DNA of 60,088 nucleotides from an uncultured Oscillochloris sp. (lineage in GTDB: Bacteria; Chloroflexota; Chloroflexia; Chloroflexales; Chloroflexaceae): contig CAISPW010000267.1 of NCBI GenBank assembly GCA_903887465.1, forward strand, positions 1-60,088, written 5' to 3'. The notes below the pieces were generated by a model. That model worked only from the letters and a program-made list of their open reading frames with translations, made no database searches and was not told where the DNA came from. Below, one piece after another: positions 28,835 through 36,538 of the stretch (its first letter is position 1; each line of letters opens with the position of its first letter). The position numbers and the translations under genes were made by a program.

Positions 28835-29965
28835 CTACGGATTCCCGCATGCTTGATAGCAAGCGGCGCGGGCGGCACCGGCACTAGGCGCATCCCTCCC
28901 CCACACCTTCCGTACCACATACAGCGGCCTGCCCTTCACCTCCTCGAAGATTCTGCCGACATACTCGCCAATCACGCCGATGGTGATCATCTGGATGCCG
29001 GAGAGGAAGAAGATCGCGACGACGAGGGTGGCGAAGCCGGGTGGCGAGAGGCCCACGGTGAGCTTTTGGATGGTGTAGAAGATCGCGATCACGATGGATA
29101 AGAACGAGACGCCCAGGCCCGCCAGCGAGATCAGGCGCAGCGGCACGTAGCTGAAGGAGATCAGTCCGTCTAGGGCGAGGTAGATCAGCCGGGTGAGGGT
29201 GTACTTGGGCCGACCGGCGTGACGGGCGTGGCGCTCGTAGGCTAGGCCGATCTGATCCAGGCCGACCCAACTGCGGATACCGCGCACAAAGCGGTTGCGC
29301 TCGGGCATGGCGTTGAGCAGATTGACCACGCGCCGATCCATAATGCAGAAGTCGCCGGCGTCGAGCGGGATGTCAATGCTGGCCACCTGCTTGAGCAGGC
29401 GGTAAAAGAGCGTGTAGGCGAACCGCTTGATCGGCCCCTCCTTGCGCTGCGCGCGGATGGCGTAGACCACATCGTGGCCCTCGCGCCATTTGGCGATAAA
29501 CTCAGGCAGCACCTCCGGCGGATCCTGGAGGTCGCCGTCCATGATGATCACCGCCCGGCCACGGGTGTGGTCGAGCCCGGCGCTGATGGCGATCTGGTGG
29601 CCGAAGTTACGGGCGAGGTCAATCGCAACCACCCGAGGGTCGTCGGTGGCAAGCTGCTGGAGCATGGGCAGGGTGCGGTCGCGGCTACCGTCGTTGACAA
29701 AGATGATCTCATAGCTGATGTCCAGCGGGTCGAGGGCAGCCCGGAGCCGGGCGTAGAGCGTGGGCAGGTTCTCTTCCTCGTTGTAGGCCGGGATGACCAC
29801 CGAAAGCTCGGTGGGTGTGGCCTGAGGAAGCAGCGGGCTCGGCGCGGGGGCGTCCATCAGCTGGGCGAGCGCCTGACAGAAGCGCAGGGCGGCCTGCGGA
29901 TCGTCGGTAGGAATGTCGATGAAGGTACTCGCTGGCTCTGGTTGCTCGGGGGCCGCACGAGGCAT
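28835..29965 (-). CDS. GtrB/ArnC-like polyprenyl-phosphate glycosyltransferase (GT2)
   Basis: Motifs SVVIPAYNEE, NDGSRD, RNFGHQ, MDGDLQDPP and two C-terminal TM helices. Start uncertain. Confidence 0.88.
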   Translation of the reverse strand: MPRAAPEQPEPASTFIDIPTDDPQAALRFCQALAQLMDAPAPSPLLPQATPTELSVVIPAYNEEENLPTLYARLRAALDPLDISYEIIFVNDGSRDRTLPMLQQLATDDPRVVAIDLARNFGHQIAISAGLDHTRGRAVIIMDGDLQDPPEVLPEFIAKWREGHDVVYAIRAQRKEGPIKRFAYTLFYRLLKQVASIDIPLDAGDFCIMDRRVVNLLNAMPERNRFVRGIRSWVGLDQIGLAYERHARHAGRPKYTLTRLIYLALDGLISFSYVPLRLISLAGLGVSFLSIVIAIFYTIQKLTVGLSPPGFATLVVAIFFLSGIQMITIGVIGEYVGRIFEEVKGRPLYVVRKVWGRDAPSAGAARAACYQACGNP

Positions 29966-30059
29966 CGCGGTGATCTTTCCTAAGGGCAGGGCGGAGCTAA
30001 CGAACTCATTATAGAGATCGGCAGCGACTGCACAATAGCCCGATTGTCCCGGGGGGGAA

Positions 30060-30183
30060 CATCTGTCGGCGGGGTGCGGGGCCTGCGGGCTCCGATCATA
30101 CATCCATAGGTTTGGTTGAAGTTGCCCGCGAGGCTGGCAATTTCAGCTAAACCTATGATTTCGGTGTGAGGGCGCAGCCCCAT
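30060..30183 (-). mobile_element. Family A-related structured repeat
   Basis: Reverse strand reads ggggctgcgccct, a long hairpin, then cccgccgacagatg. Matches 52321-52441. Confidence 0.6.
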
Positions 30184-30230
30184 CCCGTGCGCTATAATCG
30201 GTTCGCAGGATGGAATAGCGGGAGAAAAGA

Positions 30231-30443
30231 ATGAACTGCTGGCACTGCGAGCGACCGGCCCACGGCGCGTGCATCTTCTGCGGGCGGGCGGTCTGCCGCG
30301 AACACGCCCAGGAGATGCCGCATATTGTGGCCCTCTACCACGACCAGAAGGGCGGGCAGAAGGCGATTGTCACGGCCAAGGCGCTGTTTTGCGGGGTCTG
30401 CGACCCCAGGGAGGATCCGGTGGAGATGCCGGAGCTGAAGTAG
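30231..30443 (+). CDS. Small Cys-rich zinc-finger protein (DUF2180-like)
   Basis: CxxC, CxxC, CxxH and CxxC motifs, RBS GGGAG, and TATAAT at 30193. Confidence 0.75.
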   Translation: MNCWHCERPAHGACIFCGRAVCREHAQEMPHIVALYHDQKGGQKAIVTAKALFCGVCDPREDPVEMPELK

Positions 30444-30447
30444 CCGC

Positions 30448-31491
30448 TCACCCCTGTCCCTCGATCTTGTGGACGGTGCTGGGCTTGCGGCGAGGGGATG
30501 GCGGTGCGGGAGCGGCGAGGAGTGTGGCGAGGGCGGCGTCAATAGAGGCACGCTCCTCGGCGTAGTCGCGGGCGAAGGCGTCAAGCTGAAGGCTATGGCG
30601 CTGGCGCAGAGCCATGGGCGCGATCCGGCGAATATCCTCCTCGCTCACCAGATTGCGGAAGTCGGCGGCGGCGCGGGCGCGGGCCGCTTCTAACAAGGCC
30701 GATTCGGCGCGCTGCGAGGGCACCTTCAGCGCCTGCACCAGATCCATGGTCAGTGCCTCAAGCCTCGGCGGCGTCTCCACGTGCGGCAAGATCTCGCGGG
30801 CCGCCGCGACCTCCTCGGCCAGGGCGGCGGTCTGCGCAGCGTAGGCGACGCGGAAGGCGGACGGGTCGGCGCGGAAGTCGCGCGAGCGCCGGTACGCCTC
30901 CAACCGACCGCGCGGATCCTCCAGCGGCGCAACCCAGACCCGCAGGCCAAAGCGGTCGAGGATCTGCGGGCGCAGCTCGCCCTCCTGCGGATTCATCGAG
31001 CCGATCAGGACGAACTGGCTGGGGAAGAGCCGGGTCATCGGGCCACGGCGCACGAGAGTGCGGCCCTGGGCGGCGGCATCGAGGATGGCCTCCACAACCA
31101 CCGGGTCGAGCAGGTTGATCTCGTCTACATAGAGCAGGTTGCGGTGGGCGTGGGAGAGGATGCCCTCTTCCAGCAGGACGCGCTGCTGCTCGATGGCGAC
31201 ACGCTGGTTGATCCCGCCGACCACATCTTCCAGGCGGGCGTTGAGCGGCAGTTCGACCAGGCGCATCGGCTCGTTGACGGTGTGGGGGTGGCCCTCGGCG
31301 TCCTCCCAGACACGCTCAACCTTGGGCATAAGGTCGAGCAGCCCGCGTACCGCCGTGGTCTTGCCGACGCCATATGGGCCGCTGACCAGCACACCGCCGA
31401 TCTGCGGGTTGATCAGCCCGAGGATCAGGGCGGTCTTCAGCTCGGGCTGGCCCACCAGGGCGAGCAGCGGGAAGGGCAGGACGTCGTCCAT
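30448..31491 (-). CDS. Magnesium chelatase subunit I-like AAA+ ATPase
   Basis: Motifs FPLLALVGQ, GPYGVGKTT, LYVDEINLL and MNPQEGELRPQILDRFGL. Confidence 0.85.
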   Translation of the reverse strand: MDDVLPFPLLALVGQPELKTALILGLINPQIGGVLVSGPYGVGKTTAVRGLLDLMPKVERVWEDAEGHPHTVNEPMRLVELPLNARLEDVVGGINQRVAIEQQRVLLEEGILSHAHRNLLYVDEINLLDPVVVEAILDAAAQGRTLVRRGPMTRLFPSQFVLIGSMNPQEGELRPQILDRFGLRVWVAPLEDPRGRLEAYRRSRDFRADPSAFRVAYAAQTAALAEEVAAAREILPHVETPPRLEALTMDLVQALKVPSQRAESALLEAARARAAADFRNLVSEEDIRRIAPMALRQRHSLQLDAFARDYAEERASIDAALATLLAAPAPPSPRRKPSTVHKIEGQG

Positions 31492-31527
31492 GATTTTTTG
31501 GAGCGGCGAGGCCGCTTCAAACCTCTC

Positions 31528-31812
31528 CTAGAGCATCTCGATCTCGTATCCACCGATGGGGGCGTCGGGGCGGATACGCTCGATGAAGCGGACAACCGCC
31601 TCAAGCTGGCCGTGGGCGTAGCCCTGGTCGGTGCTGACGCAGGCGATGCCAAGCTCGGCGCGCTGCCAGGTGTCCTGGCCGCCCACCTCGGCAATCGACA
31701 CGTTGAACTCGTTGCGCACGCGGGCCAGGATGGACTTCACCACTTGGCGCTTCTCCTTGAGGGACTGGGCGGCGAAGATGTGCAGGGTGAGGGTGCAGAC
31801 CCCGATGACCAT
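31528..31812 (-). CDS. DUF503 (YlxP) family protein
   Basis: SLKEKRQVVKS...FNVSIAEVGGQDTWQRAELG. Confidence 0.88.
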   Translation of the reverse strand: MVIGVCTLTLHIFAAQSLKEKRQVVKSILARVRNEFNVSIAEVGGQDTWQRAELGIACVSTDQGYAHGQLEAVVRFIERIRPDAPIGGYEIEML

Positions 31813-31820
31813 ATGTTTAA

Positions 31821-32055
31821 GGATGAAGGATGAAGGATGAAGGATGAAGGATGAAGGATGAAGGATGAAGGATGAAGGATGAAGGATGAAGGATGAAGGA
31901 TGAAGGATGAAGGGTGAAGGATGCAAGGATGAAGGATGAAGGGTGAAGGATGAAGGATGAAGGATGAAGGATGAAGGATGAAGGATGAAGGATGAAGGAT
32001 GAAGGATGAAGGATGCACGTCAGATTTCACCCTTCATCCTTCATCCTTCATCCTT
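31821..32055. repeat. (GGATGAA)~27 heptamer array with a short inverted arm
   Basis: Array at 31821-32015 and an inverted (TTCATCC)~4 arm at 32026-32055. Confidence 0.92.
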
Positions 32056-32692
32056 AGTTCAGGTTGCTGAGGCCAGACGAGTGCGGCAGGATGGCCAGCT
32101 CGCTGAGCAGTTCGGTGGTGAGGCCGCGCAGGCGGGCGCGCAGTTCGGTCTCTAGCCAGCGCTGCTTCTGGCCGTAGGGCACCTGGAAGCGATCTGCGAG
32201 CTGGTAGGCCATGGCCTCGGGATTTTCGGGGAGATCCACGATCTCGACCGGGGTGCCGGAGGCCGTGGAGACGCCCTGCCAGTAGCGCCCGTAGGCCGCG
32301 TGCAGCTCGCGGGCGGCCGCCTCAACCTGCGGGCCTCCCTCCTCGGGCAGCTCAACCACGGCGGCGATGATGTAGGGTGCCCGCTGGATGACGTGGTGGA
32401 TGCTAAAGCGGCGCAGCCCGGTGGCGGTGAGCAGGTAGCGCCCGTCCTCCAGGCGCACGTTGGCGCTGATCTGTGCAACCGTGCCGATGTTGGCCATCTC
32501 GGCCGGGCGCGACGCCGGGCGTCCCTCGACCACATCATCGCCAGAGCGCAGGTAGATCACCCCGAAGGGGCTGTTCTGCTCAATGCACTGGCCGATCATG
32601 GCGCGGTAGCGCTCCTCGAAGACGTGCAGGTTCAGCGTCCCGCCGGGGAACAGAACTGTCCCGAGCGGGAAGAGCGGCAGCGGCTGGATCAT
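32054..32692 (-). CDS. LON peptidase substrate-binding domain protein
   Basis: LPLFPLGTVLFPG...LHVFEERYRAM. Confidence 0.88.
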   Translation of the reverse strand: MIQPLPLFPLGTVLFPGGTLNLHVFEERYRAMIGQCIEQNSPFGVIYLRSGDDVVEGRPASRPAEMANIGTVAQISANVRLEDGRYLLTATGLRRFSIHHVIQRAPYIIAAVVELPEEGGPQVEAAARELHAAYGRYWQGVSTASGTPVEIVDLPENPEAMAYQLADRFQVPYGQKQRWLETELRARLRGLTTELLSELAILPHSSGLSNLN

Positions 32693-32704
32693 ACGTTTCT
32701 TCCA

Positions 32705-33901
32705 CTACTCCTCATGCCACGTACATGTGAGCACCGTTGCCTCGGCCGGGCCGAGGTGCATATCGATCATAAAGTCAATCTCGGGGCTGGTGAAGAGCTG
32801 GATCGCGGCGGCCTGGTCGAAGACGCAGGGCAGCCCCTCAGACATCAGTACCACATGGCCGACACGCAGCTCTAGCAGCTCAGGGCGCATCTCCACCCCG
32901 CTTGAGCCAATGGCGGCGAGCAGGGCACCCCAGTCGGGCACATTGCGTTTGCAGGCCGAGCGCACGGCGCTTGAGCGGGCCACCACATCGCAGATCCTGC
33001 GGGCGCTCTCCTCGCTGGGGCCGCCGCGCACCGCCACCTGGATAATTTTGCCCCCGGTTGAGGCATCGCGCACGATCTGCTGCGCGAGTTCATAGCAGAG
33101 CTGGTCGAGAGCTTCCTGCCAGGCGCTAAACTCGCGCGAGGCGGCGTCGGTGATCATCGGGCCGTCAGCGGTGGCGTTGGCCAGCAGCATCACCGTATCG
33201 TTCGGGCTACAGTCGCCATCGAGGTTGAGCCGGTTGAACGAGCGGGCCACGCTGTGGCTGAGTGACTGCGCCAGCAGATGCTGCTCGATCCCCAGGTCGG
33301 TGGTCATCAGGCAGAGCATGGTAGCCATGCGCGGGTGGATCATGCGCGTGCCCTTGGCCATGCCGGCCAGCGTGACCCGATGGCCCTCGCCGAGCTGCAC
33401 CCGGTAGACCCGCTCCTTGGGGCGGCTATCGGTGGTGAGGATGGCCACCGCCGCGCGCCGCCCGCCGCCGCTGTCGAGCTCGCTCACCGCACGGCGGATG
33501 CCGTCGCGGATCTTGGGCATGGGCAGCGGCACGCCGATGATGCCGGTGGACATGACCATCACCGCATCGCGCGGGATCTCTAGCTCATCAGCCACCTGCT
33601 TGGCGCACTCCACCGCATCGGTCAGACCCGCTTGGCCGGTACCGGCGTTGGCGTGGCCCGAGTTGATCATCACGGCGCGGATGGCCTCGCGGTTGCGCGA
33701 GAGGATGGCCTGGCTCAGGAAGACCGGCGCGGCGCGGGTGATGCTGGTGGTGAACATGGCGGCAACCTTACACGGCTGCAGCGAGTAGATCAAGGCTAGG
33801 TCGCGGGCCTTGCTGCCGTCCTTCAGCCCGCACGAGACTCCGGTGGCGCGGAATCCGTGCGGGCTTGAGATATGTCCGTCTTCGAAGATGGTATAGCTCA
33901 T
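32705..33901 (-). CDS. argJ: Divergent ArgJ-family ornithine acetyltransferase
   Basis: Motifs PHGF, NSGHANAGTG, STGIIG, AILTTD and MATML. Several motifs deviate from consensus. Confidence 0.75.
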   Translation of the reverse strand: MSYTIFEDGHISSPHGFRATGVSCGLKDGSKARDLALIYSLQPCKVAAMFTTSITRAAPVFLSQAILSRNREAIRAVMINSGHANAGTGQAGLTDAVECAKQVADELEIPRDAVMVMSTGIIGVPLPMPKIRDGIRRAVSELDSGGGRRAAVAILTTDSRPKERVYRVQLGEGHRVTLAGMAKGTRMIHPRMATMLCLMTTDLGIEQHLLAQSLSHSVARSFNRLNLDGDCSPNDTVMLLANATADGPMITDAASREFSAWQEALDQLCYELAQQIVRDASTGGKIIQVAVRGGPSEESARRICDVVARSSAVRSACKRNVPDWGALLAAIGSSGVEMRPELLELRVGHVVLMSEGLPCVFDQAAAIQLFTSPEIDFMIDMHLGPAEATVLTCTWHEE

Positions 33902-33969
33902 TGAGATTGCAGATTGCAGATTGGAGATTGCAGATTGCAGATCACCGCAGGCAATCTCCAATCCAAAAT
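33902..33969. repeat. ATTGCAG-type heptamer inverted array
   Basis: (gattgca)~5 followed by the inverted gcaatctccaatccaaaatc. Confidence 0.75.
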
Positions 33970-35174
33970 CACCAGACGCGGCATACGAACCCTTTGAGGT
34001 ACTCGCTCTCCGGGAAGGTCAGCAGGACGGGGTGGTCGGGCGACTGGGCGAGCCGCTCGATGATCTGCACGTCGCGCCCGGCGTCCACCGAGGCACCGAA
34101 GACAATTTTTTGGAACAGGTCGGGCGAGATCAGGCCAGAGCAACTGAAGGTAGCGAGGATGCCGCCGGGGTTGAGCAACTGCATGGCGACCCAGTTGATA
34201 TCCTTGTAGCCACGGGCGGCGTGATCGACCTGGCCCTGGCTATTGGCAAACTTGGGCGGATCGAGGATGATCACATCGAAGCGGCGGCCCTCGGCGCGAA
34301 AGGCGCGCAGCACCTTAAAGACGTTGCCCTCGACGTAGTCGGCGGGCGTGGCGATCTGGTTCAGGGCCAAATTCTGGCGGGCTAGGTCGAGGGCGGCGGG
34401 GCTGGTGTCGATCAGAGTCAGGCTGGCGGCACCGGCGCGAGCGGCGTAGGCCGAGAATCCGCCGCTGTAGGCGAAGCAGTCGAGTACGTGCTTACCCTGA
34501 CAGTAGGCGGCCACCCTGGCCCGGTTCACCGACTGGTCGAGATAGAAGCCGGTCTTCTGTCCAGCCCGCAGGTCGGCGAGCAGGCGCGGTGGGGCGACGG
34601 CGGTGCCGACGGCGGTGGCGGGGAGCAGGGCGATCTGGTCGGGCGGCTCCGCGCCCCAGAGTAGGCCGTCGCCTGGGGGCAGGCTCTCCTTCTCGCGCAT
34701 GTCGTTGTCGCTGCGCTCGAAGATACCACGCGGGGCGAGCAGATCGACCAGGGCGCGCAGCACCTCGGCCCGGCGGGCCTCCATGCCCTGGGTAAGAATC
34801 TGGATCACCAGGTAGACGCCGTAGCGGTCAACAATCAGGCCGGGCAGGCCATCGGCCTCGCTGAACACTAGGCGGCATGCGCCACCCTCGCCATCGGCCA
34901 TACCGACGCGGCCAGAGACGGCGCGGGCGACCCGCGCGCGCAGCCACGCCTCATCGAGCAACTGGCTCGGATCCCAGGCGCAGAGGCGGACGCGGATCTG
35001 TGAGGCACCGCTCCACAGGCCGCGAGCGAGCCAGTCGCCGGTGGGCGCGAGTACATCCACCGCCTCGCCGCCGACCGGATCGCCGCACACGGCGGCAATC
35101 GCCCCCGAGAAAACCCAGGGGTGACGCTGAATGACTGGACGCTCGCGGCCAGGGCGTAGGGTAATCGTTGCCAT
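33969..35174 (-). CDS. rlmI: RlmI-like class I SAM rRNA methyltransferase (PUA)
   Basis: Motifs HPWVFSGAI, DGLPGLIVDRY, GQKTGFYLDQ, ILDPPKF and FSCSG. Confidence 0.88.
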   Translation of the reverse strand: MATITLRPGRERPVIQRHPWVFSGAIAAVCGDPVGGEAVDVLAPTGDWLARGLWSGASQIRVRLCAWDPSQLLDEAWLRARVARAVSGRVGMADGEGGACRLVFSEADGLPGLIVDRYGVYLVIQILTQGMEARRAEVLRALVDLLAPRGIFERSDNDMREKESLPPGDGLLWGAEPPDQIALLPATAVGTAVAPPRLLADLRAGQKTGFYLDQSVNRARVAAYCQGKHVLDCFAYSGGFSAYAARAGAASLTLIDTSPAALDLARQNLALNQIATPADYVEGNVFKVLRAFRAEGRRFDVIILDPPKFANSQGQVDHAARGYKDINWVAMQLLNPGGILATFSCSGLISPDLFQKIVFGASVDAGRDVQIIERLAQSPDHPVLLTFPESEYLKGFVCRVW

Positions 35175-35245
35175 AAACTACTCTTAAAGGGCTTACGAGG
35201 GGACACTGTAACACAGCGGTGTAGTGGGGTCAAGCAGCCCTCCGC

Positions 35246-35535
35246 ATCGCGCAGGGCGAAGGGGTTTGGGTTTGGATCGCGAAGGGCGCGAAGCTGTGCG
35301 AAGGACGCGAACGCGAAGGGGCGAAGGACGCGAACGCGAAGGGGTTTGGATCGCGCAGGGGTTTGGGTTTGGATCGCGAAGGGGTTTGGGTTTGGATCGC
35401 GAAGGGCGCGAAGCTGTGCGAAGGACGCGAACGCGAAGGGGTTTGGGTTTGGATCGCGAAGGGCGCAGGGGTTTGGATCGCGAAGGGCGCGAAGCTGTGC
35501 GAAGGACGCGAACGCGAAGGGGCGAAGGACGCGAA
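35246..35535. repeat. Composite tandem repeat (57-bp unit and sub-units)
   Basis: ggggtttgggtttggatcgcgaagggcgcgaagctgtgcgaaggacgcgaacgcgaa at 35261 and 35381, plus partial copies. Confidence 0.9.
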
Positions 35536-35620
35536 TCCACGAATGTGCGGTGGGAGGGGTGCGGGGAGGGCGTGTCCCTCTCCGAGAACACATCGGCCAT
35601 TTCCGAAAATGCATCCGCTA

Positions 35621-36538
35621 TTATGACGGTAGTCTGACCTCGTCATCCTCCCGAATTGCCAGCCCGTCGCGGGCCAGGCTGTCCACCAGATCGCGCAGCC
35701 ACTCGGTGTCGGTATCGGCATAGTCGGGTTTGAGCAGGGGGCCGAGGCGGGCTAGGGGTAGGGCGGTATGCTCGCGCAGGGCGTCGATGATCTTGCCGCG
35801 ATGCCAGCGCCGCGAGCCGAGGTAGGGCGTCTCCCTGCGCTCGGCTACGCGCCGGGTGGGGCGGGCGTCGGGCGCACCGAGGGCGATTGCCTCGGACGGG
35901 GCGGCGATTTGTGCGGCGTAGGCCGCACACCCCGCGCTGATCGGGCAGCGTCGGCAGGCCGGGGCGGCCGCCGCGCAGATCAGTGCGCCCAGTTCCATGA
36001 GCGCCTGGTTCCAGGCCCAGCCCTGGCCGGGCGGGATGCGCGCCGCGCCGAGGGCCAGCAGCTCGCGGTCGCTCGGCGCGGGGAGTATGTCGTCGGGGCC
36101 GACCAGGGCGCGGCGCAGCACCCGGCGGATGTTCGTGTCCATGAAGGCCACGTCCTGTTCAAAGGCGAAGCATGCAACGGCCCCCGCTGTGTATGGGCCG
36201 ATTCCCGGCAGAGCCTGAAGCGCCGCCACCGTGCGCGGGAATTCGCCGTCGTGCAAGTCGCGCACGGCGCGGGCGGCCCGCTGGAGGTTCACGGCGCGGC
36301 GGTTGTAGCCCAGCCCCGCCCAGAGCCGGATTACCTCTGAGGTCGGTGCGGCAGCCAGTGACTCCAGGGACGGGAATATCGTCAGGAAGGCCAAGTACTT
36401 CGGGATCACTCGGTCGACCTGGGTCTGCTGGAGCATGATCTCGGAGACGAGGATGCGGTAGGGGTCGCGGGTGTGGCGCCAGGGCAGGTCGCGGGCGTGG
36501 GCGGCGAACCAGGCGAGGAGGGGAGTCCGGATCATCAA
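35621..36538 (-). CDS. mutY: A/G-specific adenine glycosylase
   Basis: Motifs RDLPWR, SEIMLQQT, WAGLGY, LPGIGPYTA, and an FeS motif C-x6-C-x2-C-x5-C. Confidence 0.92.
   Translation of the reverse strand: MMIRTPLLAWFAAHARDLPWRHTRDPYRILVSEIMLQQTQVDRVIPKYLAFLTIFPSLESLAAAPTSEVIRLWAGLGYNRRAVNLQRAARAVRDLHDGEFPRTVAALQALPGIGPYTAGAVACFAFEQDVAFMDTNIRRVLRRALVGPDDILPAPSDRELLALGAARIPPGQGWAWNQALMELGALICAAAAPACRRCPISAGCAAYAAQIAAPSEAIALGAPDARPTRRVAERRETPYLGSRRWHRGKIIDALREHTALPLARLGPLLKPDYADTDTEWLRDLVDSLARDGLAIREDDEVRLPS

Noticed and set aside
31737-32030. HPSSFIL-repeat ORF (and YRLSAIG-repeat ORFs at 9694-10054)
   Set aside because: Translations of heptamer DNA arrays, with no RBS or codon support.
35246-35535. 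Possible CRISPR array
   Set aside because: Repeats are contiguous with no unique spacers, and no cas genes are present.
35621-36538. Truncated mutY pseudogene
   Set aside because: The catalytic and FeS motifs are intact, and short MutY forms with a GSxRxxRG tail are a known type.
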